Assembly: GCA_003693705.1 (NCBI GenBank)
Contig: RBZT01000441.1
Span: forward strand, 84,400 to 148,399
Reading direction: 5' to 3'
Length of the DNA: 64,000 nt
Source of the DNA: Polymyxa betae A26-41
Taxonomy: Eukaryota > Protista > Endomyxa: Phytomyxea
Shown: piece after piece, positions 35,469-49,448 of the stretch
Layout of the letters: every line of letters begins with the position of its first letter
Numbering within the stretch: the stretch's first letter is position 1
Notes under the pieces: model-generated
Databases searched by the model: none
Told to the model about the DNA's origin: nothing
The model's input: only the letters and a program-made list of their open reading frames with translations
Translations under genes and position numbers: made by a program

Positions 35469-37090
35469 AATGTTGATGCGATGTGAATGGAGATAAGCAA
35501 ATGTATGATAGAATGCCCCAACAGAAATTGCGCCACGGACTTTATTCAGGCATGCCGCAACCGTGTGGTTGAATATATGGGCCCAATCCAGGTAATCTGT
35601 CAGGACGGCTGTGCACTGCAGAGGCCATAAATTCCGTAATCTTGTTTGAATACAGAGCTGTTCGGGGTATGATCAAGACATGTGAACTATGTTACGGAAC
35701 ATTGTCGTTGAGACTATCAATATCCCATGTATCGATTTTGCTGTTACGATTTGGCAACTTGTAGTCACATTTGATCAAAATAGCTATGAGCGACATCAGT
35801 TTTTGACAGCTACCTAGAAGTATTAACCCGAAACCATATGCTCCCTCCGTTCCATATACAGGATATGTCGATCCTATCGACGGGCTGCCCAACCACTTTG
35901 GTTGTTGTCGTAGACGTAGAGGCCCTCAAGGCAACCGATTGAACACTAAGTTTACCAATGAAGGCGACTTGATTCTATCGATGTAACGTAATTGCGTTAG
36001 TGGGCAGCATCACCATGGACACACCATCTGGATGTTTTGGCTAATTAGGTCTTATACCAACTACATAAAAAAACGTTATAGATATTCCATTCCAGTGGAC
36101 AAATTCATTTGAATATACTCTATAGCAAAGAACTTGTTCAAACAAGACTTTCATCCTTTGACCAACTAGCAATCAGTACCGCCTCTATACTGTGCATCAA
36201 GCTATCACCAAATCCAGTCTCTGACCCATCCATATATGCAAACTCTATGTGCTCAAGTCCAAGCAGCGGTCATCGTTGCCAGTACTGACCTCAATCTCAA
36301 TAACATTGTTGCAGGTTGTACAGAAACATTGATGTAGGATCATCTTCGCACGGATATGGCTGATTCTGTGGCTCGAGAGCACAGTAATTGCCGAGCACGT
36401 CGCCAGCTGTACCAGGGTGCCTGTGCACCTGTTTGGGGGCAAGGTTATACCGCAGCAGCTGAGTGACATTCTGACGGCGATTGACAATCTGTACGGCTGA
36501 ACTAAACGGAAGCCAAGCAAACAGAGATTCATTGGTGTTATATAAGGATCAATGAAGCATTGCTCGGCTCCTGGATTCGTGAATTACCAAATGGGCAGAG
36601 ACCATCATAGTGCTGATATTATCAAACCGGGGGCCTGCGATACGAGATATCAATGCCATTCGGCTTCTAACCCATTTAAAGTCTCATATTTATCTGTGAA
36701 TGTGCTTTGCAGGAGTGCAGATTGTAAACATGTTGATAATTTATAACATCTCCGACCCCGGGTGGCTTGCGGCGATTGCAACGCTGGTGATTTTCTTAGC
36801 CTGCCAAAGTTTTCTTTCCACATAAACAATAAATCACGTGGACCTTCCAGCGTCATTACCTATTTTGCCTTCAGCCATTACTTCATTTACCGGTTCCGCC
36901 TGAAAAACACCACCGACGCAGGATGAACATGTAACCGTGCCAAACGGTTCAAAACTGCTCGATCGTCGCACCTTCAGGTTGTAAAGTCTGAATTGTAGAC
37001 TTTTTGCGTCACTGTCGCACTTTATGTTTCTGTAGGGGCTCTGCAACTGTGCCGATTTTTCTGTTTCGAACTTTATAATTCTTACAGCAT

Positions 37091-40000
37091 ATGTCAAATA
37101 ACAATGAGCCATTGTGGCCAGAATTTCATCTGATTTCCCCGGATGAAGCTCAGCAATATCGCCGCATCCCTGCTCTTGCAGTGCATTGGCTGAAAGACTG
37201 CGACATCGTTCTGATTGGAGGCGGTGGAGGTACAAAAGGGACGGGGATTAAAAGTGGAATTGTAAAATCGCCTACGAAGGCACATAGATTCGATTGTTTA
37301 ATGTCATAAATGTAGATTGTAAATACAATTTCAAGTGGAGATACCCTGACTCCAGCTGGGTTTCTTGATACCCATGATAAGCTGGTCATGACTATAACTG
37401 CACATCCAAATGTAAGCTCACCTCTTGGGCCTAAGGTGCCGTTTTAATTACTATTTAGGAATCCGTTATCGCCTGCGCTATCTGCGAATTTATGTATATT
37501 ATTCGGTTCGAGAAAATGACGTTAAAGGTGATAGAACGCATAAAAACAGATTATTCCCAAGATAATCCTTTTGTGGTATGAATAGTAGCGCCTTCAATGT
37601 TTGAAGGTTTGCTAATTGCCGTTTCTGTAGTCTTGCATCACTTTCAACACTCCTGGAACGATAATAGCTGGTGGAGGTCAAGATTCTTCTGTCAAGACAT
37701 TTGGATACCCTTCATTCGGTAGATTGAATCACTTCAAACATCACCAGAACTGTATACAGACAGTTTCCTTCAACAAAGACAGCACACTACTTGCTGTGGC
37801 TTCTAAAGAGACTTTTTTCAGCATTTGGCATGTTGACCATTCCAAGATGTTCACCCTATCATTCCGTAATATGGAGATTCGTGGCTGTGTTTTCTCTTCG
37901 CACTACGAACATCTCGCTTATTCATGGATGAACGACCGTGAACTCGGGAGTCATCTCGCAATGTGGGATCTTCATTCGGGCAAGATTCTGAAACTGGTGC
38001 GTTTTCTGAACATATTCGTTTGTATCTGGATTTTGAATTCGTATCAGAAACGGCTAGATGATAGACCGGTGACTCTGGGACGTTTGAGTGACGATGGCTC
38101 ATCACTAGCTGTCACCACATTAAAACGTGATTGCACCGTCTACACATTTGATACGAGAACTCTATCTGTGGTTGGCAAAAGGACAATTCTTCACGAGTAG
38201 GGCTCAACATTGTCTTCGTTACTGCAAATCGACTAAATGTTTTGTAGCTTCCCGCAAACATCGCTGGATTTCTCTCCGGTTGGGGATCGGCTCATCTCAG
38301 TATCGGCTGATACATCCGCTATTGTATTTCGATCACGATCCTCATCGTGTGGTACAATGTTGACCTGTCCTCTGAGATCTGCGGTTTACTAGTGATTAGG
38401 GTGCTTCAAGAGCATCTTCCTCATTTTCTTCATAGCAGGTCTCGTTATGGCTGTTCTGTTTTCCGGGAATGTATCCAAGAACGATATCCTTACTGATTTC
38501 TCTTCGAACCTTGGTGCGGTTCACAATTTGCACCTGGACCGTTTTTTATTCGTCTTCAGACACTGTTCGGAGCTGGTACAACAAGAAACCAGATCGTGCT
38601 GAATCCAATACTGACTGGGGTCATGAATTGTATGAGGATGCCGTTCCAGAACCCGCTTTCGATACAGAAGGTGTCGTAGTTCAGCTTTAATTGCCAACGT
38701 CTGTTTCATCGATATTCGCAGAGCCGATAAAGCCCCGCTTCGAAGAACAGCCCGTTTATTTGAGCTCGGTTCCAGTGGCCAAACATGAGGGCTTAAAACT
38801 GGATCCTATCACAGGTTGCTAACGTGCCATTTTGTCGCTATTTCGTCTCTGAATATTGCATTAGAATCATCCGAGTCGGTCTCACTGAACGGACACGAGG
38901 AGTACGATGAGAAGATGTTTCATGACAGCTACCAAGGTGAAGCTGCTACCCCGTCGATTCCAGATTCGCTTAAATCAGGTAAATGCTCTTTATTGCTCTG
39001 TATCTTTTCTGTTTATCAATGACTTTCCGTTCAGATTCGATTCATCTGGCTTCACCGGATATTGTTTCGGCTTCTGAGAACGATCACCTTCAATCCGAAT
39101 CTGCAAAAGGTGTTTACCTGCTTTCCGCTAATCTGTACCGCCTTGATGAGCTATTCTGTTAGCATTTCCGGAACCAAGCCATGTAATAGAGCATGATGAC
39201 CTGACAATCCATGCCTCTGTCCACGATAGTGCAACTGGTGCCTCAAGTCCAGATTTAACCAACGCAGGTGAATGTGCTGTCCTCATGAATAGTTCTTTCA
39301 ATGAACGTGCCGTTTTTCTCTCAGGATCGGTTCTTGTGGCCGAACATGAGGGCTTCAATATGGATCCAATCACAGGTCGCTAGTGTGCCAGTTTGTAGCT
39401 ATTTCCTCTCTGAACAATGCATTAGAATCGTCCAAGTCTGTCTCACTGAACGGACATGAGAAGTACGATGAGAAGATGTTTCATAACTACGAAGGTGAAG
39501 TTGCTACCCCGCCGATCCCAGATCCGCTCAAATCAGGTAAATGCTCTTTATTGCTCTGTATCTTTTCTGATTATCAAATGACTTTCCGTTCAGATTCGAT
39601 TCCTCTGGCTTCACCGGATAATTTTTCGGGGTCTGAGAACGATCACCTCCAAAACGAATCTGCAAAAGGTGTTTACCTGCCTTCCGCTAATCCGTACCGC
39701 CTTTGATAAGCTATTCTGTTAGCATCTACACCACCAATCCATGTATTAGAGCATGGCGACCTGACGATCCATACATCCGTCCAGGATAGTGCACCTGGTG
39801 CCTCAAGTCCAGATTTAACCAACTCAGGTAAATGGTCTGTCCACATGATTAGTTCACGCAATGAACGTGCCGTTTCTTTCCCTCAGGATCGTCTGCAGTG
39901 GCCGAACATGAGGACATCAAATTAGATTCAATCACAGGTTGCTAGCGTGCCAATTTGTAGCTATTTCCTTTCTGAATATTACCGTTAGAGTCATCCGAGT

Positions 40001-41192
40001 CGGTTTCACTGAATGGACGTGAGAAGAACGATGAAAAGATGTTTAATGACAGCTACCAAGGTGAAGCGTCTGCCCCATCGATTCCAGATTCGCCTAAATC
40101 AGGTAAATGCTCTTTATTGCTCTGTATCTATTCTGATTATAAATGACTTTACTTTCAGATTTGATTCCGGATATCTTTTCGGGATCTGAGAATGATTACC
40201 TCCAAACCGAATCTGCAGAAGGTATTTTCCTGCCTTCCGCTAATCTGTACCGCCTTTTGATGAGCTATTCTGTTAGCATCTACAGAACCAATCCATGTAA
40301 TAGAGCATGGCGATTTGACGGTCGATACCACCGTCCAGGATAGTGGTGCTGGTACCTCAAGTCCAGATTTAAGCAACTCAGGTAAATGTGCTGTCCCCAT
40401 AATTTGTTCTCCCATGAACGTGCCGTTTCTTTCCGTCAGGACCGGTTACAGTGGCCGAACATGAGGGCATCAAAAACGGTTCAATCACAGGTTGCTAGCG
40501 TGCCATTTTGTAGCTATATTGAATATTACCGTTAGAATCATCCGAATCGGTCTCTCGAGAAGGACATGAGAAGAACGATGACAAGATGTTTAATGACAGC
40601 TACCAAGGTGAAGCTTCTGCCCCTTCAATTCCAGAGTCGCTTAAATCAGGTAAATGCTCTTTATTGTTCAGTGTATGTTCTGAATTTCAAATGACTTTCC
40701 GTTCAGATTCGATTCATCTGGCTTCACCGGATATTGTTTCGGTATCTGAGAACGATCACCTCCAAACCAAATCTGCACAAGGTATTTACCTGCCTTCCGC
40801 TAATCATCCGCCTTTTGATTAGCTACTGTTAGCATCTACGGAACCAAGCCATGTAATAGAGCAAGAGCATGGCGACCTGACGATCCATACCGATGTCCAC
40901 GATAGTGCAGCTGGTGCCTCAAGTCCAGATTTAACCAACTCAGGTAAATATGCTGCCACGTGAGTAGCTCTCTCAATGAACGTGCCTTTTCTTTCCGTCA
41001 GGATCGGTTCCAGTTTCATCTGATGACAGAGATACAATTGTTGATAATGACAGCCCTGAAATTGAAGCAATCGATGGTAGCTAATCCAGGTTCTGGTGGC
41101 GGTTGGTTTCTGACTTCACTGTGGTTTCAGAATCTACAAAACCTATCGCGATCAATGCAAGTGACATGCAGGACGATAATACCAATTTATAA
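37091..41192 (+). CDS. SEC12: Sar1 GEF SEC12/PREB-like WD40 membrane protein with long repetitive lumenal tail
   Basis: IGGGGGTKGTGIKS K-loop-like motif, WD40 exons, hydrophobic FSFIAGLVMAVLF at ~38425-38465, then spliced acidic/Ser repeats to a TAA at 41190-41192. Confidence 0.72.
38764..41012 (+). repeat. Four tandem ~560-bp repeats, each with 4 exons and 4 introns
   Basis: Units start at ~38764, 39325, 39887 and 40440 (partial fifth at 41002), with conserved GT/AG sites. Confidence 0.93.
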
Positions 41193-41289
41193 ATCAGATC
41201 AATCCTAAATTACTTCTTACGGCCTAATGCGTTTCTGCTAGCGATTACCAGCGGGCTCTGCACATAGGAGGAGTAGGTAGAGTCAAGAC

Positions 41290-41960
41290 TCAAGAGCCCT
41301 GTGCGACAAATTATTTATATCGCTACCACTGGGCGTTCTATACTTCGACTCAAACAGCAAGGGCCCACTTATCCAATATCCGATACAATAGTCGGCAAAT
41401 ATTGGATAGAAAATGGCAATTCTGAGAGGGTCAGAAACGACAAGGCGAGAATCACTGTCGCATTGGCCGCAAACGTGGACGGATCCGAAAAGCTGAAGCC
41501 CTTGTCTACTGGTTATTACGCCAGCCTCCACGCTTTCGATAAGAAACGCCCAAATCAGCTTGGAATTTGGTATCGCTACAATAGAAAGGCCTGGATGACA
41601 ACGGTCATCTTTCAGGACTGGATTATGGAAATAGAGAAGATAACGCGAAAGGAGAACAGAAAATTCTACTTCTACTTAATAGCGCCCCTTCACATAATGA
41701 TGCTAATCTTCACCTGGAATACGTTAAAATTCTGTTCTTACCGCCAAACACCACTTCAAGGTTCCATCCGCTGGATGCCGGTGTTATCGCGTCGTTCAAG
41801 AACCAATACCGGAAACTTCACCTTCAACGTACCCTCGATAGCATGCGCTTGGAAAAACGAAACATTTTCTAAGTGGATCTGATCCAAGCGATGCGATGGT
41901 CAGAACGCGCATGGGAATTGGTGACGGCTTCAACAATTGCTGGCAACACTCTGGTGTTTT
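41290..41960 (+). mobile_element. Decayed pogo/Tigger (DDE_1, CENP-B-like) transposase fragment
   Basis: RITVALAANVDGSEKLKPL and NRKAWMTTVIFQDW, then after a frameshift LFLPPNTTSRFHPLDAGVIASFK. Confidence 0.9.
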
Positions 41961-42794
41961 GGGAAAAGCAATTTCTTACAATGAACCAGAGTCGGCATAT
42001 GAAGATGATCAAATTCCTCCGTCAAACTCTTCAGAAGAGAGGCCTGAAGACCAGACCGGGTCGATTGAATAGAAAGATTGACGCCTCCTTCGTCGGACTC
42101 TCCGGTGGAGAGACCTGATGATCACCAGAAAAAACCGATTAAAATGGAATAAAGCCAGACCGGGACGATTAAAATAAAAGAAAGATTGAACAATGAATCA
42201 AAAGAAGGCAAGACGACACGATCTCTATTCTCCAAAGCGTTATATTTGAATTGTCTCTGAGCAAGCTAACAGATCACACTCTGGAAAGGAATAACAGAAA
42301 TAACGGACAGGAGGAATACACCCTTTCCTTGCGAAAACAGTTTGATAAGTTTGATAATTAGAATGCCGTCGTGACAGGGGACTTCTGTGAGCCGACTGTT
42401 GTAATAATTTTAGTTTTAAACTCCCGTCAGAGATATCCAAGATGCTTGCTTGCAATATTGACATCCTCATCTTCAGAAGATTGTGCAGTTAGAATCAATT
42501 GAAATTCTGAGAACCCGTCTCAGATTCTATCATTGGCATCGGATGTAGGCAACTTAAACGCACAAACAGCGCGTTCGCTTTTTTAACTCATCCTGGTGGA
42601 CATTTCACATTTGGTGTACATAGTTACCCGATTGACGACGATTACGAAATCGATTGATCTTCTCCGAAAATCTTCAACTGAATGGCGGGCTGCGCTACAC
42701 ACAGGGCTGCAGCTTCTTGTAGGCAGCTGCTGACCTCATATTGAAACTCTCTTCATTTTCTGAATAATCCTTCTTGTCGTCCTGAAACCCGAAC

Positions 42795-44294
42795 ATGTTG
42801 ACGGTAGAATTCTAGTTCTTTCGAATAAGAATCGGCACTAATTATGGGTAGGCGCCGTTGGAATTAGACTGTCGCGTCCAGAACTATGCCTGGGGGAAAC
42901 CCGGGTCTGAATCTGCTGTGGCACGCTTGCGATCAATCCATGATCCCATTGATGAATCAGCTCCTTATGCTGAACTCTGGATGGGAACTCATTATAATGG
43001 ACCTTCGTTAGCATTAAATTCGAAAACTCCCCTTAAGGACGTCCTTGATGGCAACGACTTGCCATTTCTCTTCAAAGTTATCAAATCAAAGTAGCGTCTG
43101 TGTTTCTTATTCTGGTTTAGGTGCTTTCTGTGAACAAAGCACTTTCTATCCAAGCACATCCAGACAAAAATTTGGCCAAGGTTCTGCATAAAGCCTCTCC
43201 TATGGTGTCTATTGATTCCTTCTCATTGTCGGCTGTGAGATTTAACTTTTTATAGCATTATGCTGATGACAACCACAAACCAGAGATGGCTGTCGCCTTA
43301 ACTCGCTTTGAAGCGCTTTGTGGATTTCGTCCTGTCTTTGAAATCGCTCAGTTCTTATCCGAAGTTCCACGTAAGGTCTAACTAACAGTTCTTCGATCAA
43401 TTACCAAGATGTGTGTTTAGAACTTCGAAGATTAGTTGGCGAAGATGCTGCTCAGGAATTTCTTAATTGTGTGCAATCTGAACAAAAGTGCAAAAAGCAA
43501 CTTCGTTCGATCTTCACGAACTTGATGACGTCGCGAGCTGAAGATGTCCAAAGAGAGCTCAACAGCCTCTTGCATGAAATTGAAGGTCTTACAGTCTGAT
43601 TAATCCATGTTCTTTTTGTGCTCAGATGTGTTTTTAGATTTGAGATTAACGATTGAGGGATCGCATTCGAAACTTGATATCAAAACTCTTGTAAACCGCC
43701 TTTCCGCAGAATATCCCAACGACGTTGGTGTATTCTGCGTTTTCTTTCTGAACGCTCTGGAACTACAGCCAGGCAGCGGTTTATATCTGGGAGCTAATGA
43801 ACCTCATGCATATCTTAGCGGTGACTGTATTGAGGTTATGGCTTGTTCTGATAATGTTGTTCGTGCTGGGCTCACGCCCAAGTATCGCGATGTTGCAACT
43901 CTCTGTAGTATGTTGACGTACAATGCTTCGGTAATTGCTCTTTGATGCTATCAGATGGTGTTCGGTCGTTTTTAAAGTCATGTTGTAGGTTCCAGAAATT
44001 CGCCAAGGTCACACTTTGGATGAGAACACAATGGAATACAGAGCACCCGTATCTGAGTTCTACTTGACTAAAACTCGGATTGCGGCCAAATCAGAATCGC
44101 TGTCCAGTATGCTTCAGGCACTTCCAAGTGTATCGATCGCCTTAGTCATTAGCGGCTCTGGAAGATTAAATGACATTGCTTTGAAACCAGGCACAGTTGT
44201 TGCCATCCCGGCCATGTTTGAGTCTATTGTGGAAGCTGATGTTGGAAATGATCTCATTTTATTCCGATGTTCTGAAAAACCTGACAGAAACTAG
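42795..44294 (+). CDS. MPI: Mannose-6-phosphate isomerase, type I
   Basis: [49 protein letters not shown] and [12 protein letters not shown]; several introns. Confidence 0.96.
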
Positions 44295-44829
44295 TCTCAC
44301 AATACACCCAATATATTGTTTGTCGTGATAGTTCAGCCTCCTCTGCACAAATGATCAGTCGGCTATGGATATGAAACTAAACGTCTGACCCTATAGGTGG
44401 AATTAGAGCTATTTCATCTTTGGGCTGCACCAGAATCGATGCATCGTTGGCATGTTGCATCTCGAGATTTACGCTTACTGCTAAATGACTCCTATGGCGG
44501 TCTAAAGCCGGATAATATTCCATTATCTGAAACCGAAGCTTTCAGAGCGCTGTCTCAAACCAGAATGCAAAGACCTGATCGAGCAGATCGGGCAGTGATA
44601 CTTGATCACTATCCATGCCGATTTCAACAGTAGACTGGCCGCCGACGACTTCCCGAGCCTGGCCAAACAGCAGAATACGGAAGCGGATCTCACCCTCTTC
44701 ACCTCTCATACGTATTTAATGCGTTTTAGTAAAAGTACGTTATGGTCTTGACCGGCTCACCAAACGCCCATTCACTTTCGGGCGCTTTGACCATTGTCCC
44801 AGCTCAGCAGAAAAGTGACATGAAGTATG

Positions 44830-47680
44830 CTATTTGGATTTTTTGGATTTATTGTGGACAGATGGATTGCAGAGACGACAAAACGACTGCATCGTTTCAG
44901 GTTGAATGATAATACAATTAGGGCAATTAAATTCACAACAGTTAAAGCATAGCCTGCGTCTTAACGACAGAGTAAACACTCCCGAACAGCACTGGCACGT
45001 TGAAGTCGCTACCGAATCTTCGAATCTTACAGAGCCGATACTTATACGCAGAGCTGAAACCCAATGAAGCCGATCACGTTCATCTCGTGCATGAACAATC
45101 ATTGATTTCCGTCTTCGTACGATCTATAATACCAGTGAGGGTTTGACAATGTAACCAATACAAGTCTAGAACCTGAAGCGGAGTAGGTTTTACTGAGTAT
45201 CTTGGGGAAGCAGCAGCAGCGCTGGCAACAAAATCATTGACAAAAATCAGATCCTGACCAATCGCCATTCGTTTCTTAACCGAATGGGATAACCCTGATT
45301 TCGACAATTTGCACATCAGCATTACTCTTTCGAAAAGGAAGCAGATCAGCGGCTCTTCATCGCCCTGTTTCCATAACTGTTCGCATGCTTAGACTCGGTA
45401 ACCCATGCTGAATCAAGCACCTACTGGCCCTTTCCGAATGAATCTGCCTAAATCCTCTTTTCGATCCAATTTTTCTATTTGGCTTCGCGCCAAAGCTGTC
45501 CTTCTACATAGATCTGAAACTTCAAAACTGGAGACAAGAGAGGATAATATGGAGACAATGCAGCATCTTGTTAGTGAGTCTTCGCGAAGCAGAGAAATGT
45601 ATGCCTATAGTTGAAATAAGCGCATCATCCACGAGCAAATTCAGTCTCAGACCGGCAGGCGTTGAGCAGGTAGCTCGAGCAAATCAATCAAACTTCTGCG
45701 ACCAGGATCTGAAGTCTGCTCCAAACAGGCTGCCAGGAACCGTCTCAATTTCGGTTTACGAGCCATCTCGTTCTTTACAGTATCCAACGATCGCTCGATA
45801 TTCGAGACGTAAAGAGAACCAGTATAGGTTCGTAAAAAAGGCAAATTTCTTGTAAAGACATCTTCCATGCCTGAATACGGCGATTCTCTCAGATCTTTCT
45901 CAAGATGAGTATGAGACATAAGCAGTGCTAAAGGTTGACCGAATACTACATGGAGATCATCGCGAGATAACAGGCGAAGTTTCGAAACGCACGACATCGT
46001 GATTAGAGGGTTGACATACAGCGAGATTAACGTGGAAAACTCGTTAGTGAAACGATTTTCTTGCTGTAAAAACAGTTGAAATTGTGCTTCAGCATTAGCT
46101 GGTGATGAGGTTAACGGAGGGTCTTGGCTGGGTGAAGGATCCATATCGTGGATCTGACTACATTCCCCATCTTCATCTGACAACATCTTTCCTTCTTCGG
46201 AGTCGGATTTGCAGGCCTTTTCAGGTTCCTTCGGAGAGAGAGGCAGATCCGAATAAGGCATCTTCATAGTCTCGGAAAGACAAGCCGGGCAGAGATTGAT
46301 GAGTTCTTCAGCAAATCCATTAACCCTTGAATCTGTATAATGACGAATACAATTGGAGCAGTTGAAGTATGAGCAATGCTCACACAGAATCCGTCTCATA
46401 TCCAATGTGAAAAAAGCCTGACAGCTACGACAGTTCATGGCGCCTATCTGATCCAACTCTTGACTAGTTCCAGATATACACAGCTCGAAAGCATGCAGCC
46501 AATGTTCCAAATTATCTAAACATTCGTAGCTAAGTTGATGCTGCCATAGAATGGATCGGCATACCTGTAAAGATAGGTTTGATGTGAGCGCCAGAATCGA
46601 TACGATAGATGGTGATCGTATTGGGGTCAGCTCCAGGTCCATTAGGCTCGATAGATGTAAGCCGATCGACAGCCATTACTTGATCTATATAAAATCCTTG
46701 ATGAAGATCCCCAGAGCATAATGCCAAGCTGTTCCTAAACAGGAACAGATGTTGCTGAGGATCACTGCCAACTCGTCCATGCATAATAAGCCAGTTGTAA
46801 GAGCGCGGGCTCGAATTATCAAGACAGAAACCCATCCTTGATAATCGATCAACTAATGGACCTATGTAAAAAAGTCAGAATTGAGAAAGAAAAGTAAAAA
46901 AACCAGGCGTTGCTTCACATACCTGACATTTGCTTTCGTATGCAATCCCATTGCTCCGACGCAGAAGCTGCAAGCATGTTAACAGCGACTTCATCGATAG
47001 TTTTCTCCCAGATATCCAGCACATACTGCATCTGAACATGATCGGGATGTTCGACCGGCGTGGCGTCCACGAATCGCGATAGGATCTGAGTGTACCTGGA
47101 GAGCCTTTGCAGAGGCAGAGAAAGCAGATGTCGAAGGCTGTCGCCCTGGCATTGTGGATGCGACACCGCATGCGCCAGGAACATCCTCAGACGGGTCTCG
47201 CAGGCACAGCAACGAGCCAGCAATGTTAGACCGCGTTCCTGACCGGTGCAATATTCGATATAGACCGAAGGCGCGCTCTGTGCCCATTCCAGAATAACGT
47301 CGCCTCTATCAGACCATATCAGGAATCATTTCAAGTTTGGAAAACTGCAGCAGCACAACGTACAGCGTCTGCCCGGCGCTCCAGCGCTTCGCCTTCTCTT
47401 CGATATGCTCCAATAGTCGTTGGTGAAGAGCGGCGATCTCGCGAATGTTTCGGAACACGGCTGCAATGTTATTGGCAGACATCAGCTGATGCTCAACATT
47501 CAACGAGCGAATCAGTAGCGGAGTATGAAAGATATCACGAATCGCGCCAAGCGACCGGGCATAGATCCGTTCAGACGACAGCAACTCGTCGAGAACCGAC
47601 TCGCGATCGGCGCCCGTCGGCTGCCCTCTACTACCTTGTAGAATTGGGGCTGAATTCGATCGCTGAAGGCATCTGATCAT
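44830..47680 (-). CDS. FGD-like RhoGEF with tandem DH-PH-FYVE-like modules
   Basis: ELLSSERIY and LLSLPLQRLSRY (DH1); QQENRF and LLELPAQRLP (DH2); PH ends; two Cys-rich FYVE-like fingers. Confidence 0.82.
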
Positions 47681-47756
47681 GATATCAATGACAGTGATGT
47701 GACGTGGCAGTCAAGCCTCTTAACTAAGGGAACAAGTTGACAGTCCGTGCAGAACC

Positions 47757-49369
47757 CTAAACCCTAAACAGAAAGGCGTTTATGGTTATCATATTTAAAG
47801 TTCGGTATAGCTCAGGTCCAAGGCATGAACGTGGCGAACAGGCAAGTGCCGACGCATGTGAAGACAGCAGACCATACGAGGTATAACAATGAGACTTTGG
47901 AGGATCGCAGCGATTCCTGTCCAACGAACCAGTATAAGATTGGGCAGGATGATAACAGCAGCCGGCTAACGACTTGGATATGGCCAACCTGAACGCCGTT
48001 ATTAGTTCACATTTGGAGAGCGGGCAATTATATACGATGCTCATGAACATCAGGAGAAATGTGGCGTGATAGATGAAGCAGGCCACATTTGACGAGTACA
48101 AGCCTCCCACTGTTGGTTGAGATTTGGACTTTAGCAATCCAGCGCTCAGCAATTGTTTGACACCTCCAATCTGGCAGAAAGAGACGAACGACGCGGTCGT
48201 TAACAGCAGAACTGGTGATGCCAGAAGGAAATTCGGAATCTGCTTGATGGTGTAATACTTGAACGCCCCAAGTCCCCTAACTGCTTAGTAGGATACGTTT
48301 ATGGAGAAAACGATTGGAGCATTTACCAGTATTCGGCCTGGACGAAGGAATAGATATTAGGAATGCGCTCGCTGCAATATGGACGATTTCCACCTAAGCA
48401 GAACATCCTATAACCAAATACTAAAAACAACACCAGGGGAAGCAGCACCAAAGCCATCAGCATGATGGACTCGATCCAGATAATAAGTAGCGCCTTAAAC
48501 CTGAACCCTGATAAGTTCGACTTCTGTAGAGCCTAATGATCGATGATTTGCAGTTTGTCGTTGAGATTATTAAAGGTTACCTGGTAAACGATATATCCAA
48601 CCAAAACTGCTCCGTTCGTACGAGTTGCAACAGAAGTAGCGAAAAGGATTGCTGCAGCAACAGAATGACCGCGGGTTAAACACCAAAGTCCCCAAAAGGA
48701 GGCACAGGCAAATAACGACTCGGTATATACAGCTGACATAAAGATACCAGCCTGATGTTGAAGTTAATCTCAACCAAACGAGGATATAAAGCAGATTACA
48801 GGGGTGAAGCAAAAAGCAATTGCACTCCGATAGGCGACCTGTTCATTGCCTAGAACGGCTTGACCTAACCTAAAGTAGGCATATTAAGTATGCAATCTCT
48901 TATTGATTCAAAGTGACAAACCTGTACAGCCCCAACGTTGCTAAAACAAAACAGCCGTTGGAGATCAGCACTCCAGATGCCACACTGGCATACCATTCAT
49001 CTACATTGACAAACAATCGCATAGCTGTTCATAACTCAGCTTAGAAATTGATATCGTATCCTAAGAAAAACTAGACCTTCGGAGAGCACGCGAATGCACA
49101 ATGGTAGGAACGGCTGGAATGCAAACTGTTGCTCGAAACGATATGAATGTTGAGCAATATCTATATAGAAAATGGAATCCCTGAATCAAAAGTGAATCCA
49201 AGAGCGACGATGCAATCCCATGCTCAGCATACCATTGGGCGAGTGGTGACCCACCTGACCTATCGTAATGAGGAAAACAATAACCTGTTATCAGAGCCAA
49301 AAGAAGAGTGAAGCAACGGGTTCCAAGAGCAGTCAGAATCAGCGATCGTGTCTTGCATTTAACAGTCAT
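47757..49369 (-). CDS. PIGV: GPI mannosyltransferase II (PIG-V/GPI18)
   Basis: Multi-TM exons with MSAVYTESLFA and ATRTNG, plus an N-terminal QW|D motif. Confidence 0.85.
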
Positions 49370-49448
49370 ATCGTCGACTCCGAACTGCGTTACGTCTAAT
49401 ATCTAAAGAGGCATAATTTATTAGTTATGAGGTATTCTTGATGGATAT

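Noticed and set aside
38764-41012. CRISPR array or non-coding satellite
   Set aside because: The context is eukaryotic, and the ~560-bp units have conserved splice sites and open exons with no unique spacers.
47753-47769. aaccctaaaccctaaac, two TTTAGGG-type telomere units
   Set aside because: Only two units, overlapping the last codons and stop of PIG-V. Not an array; at most a telo-box.
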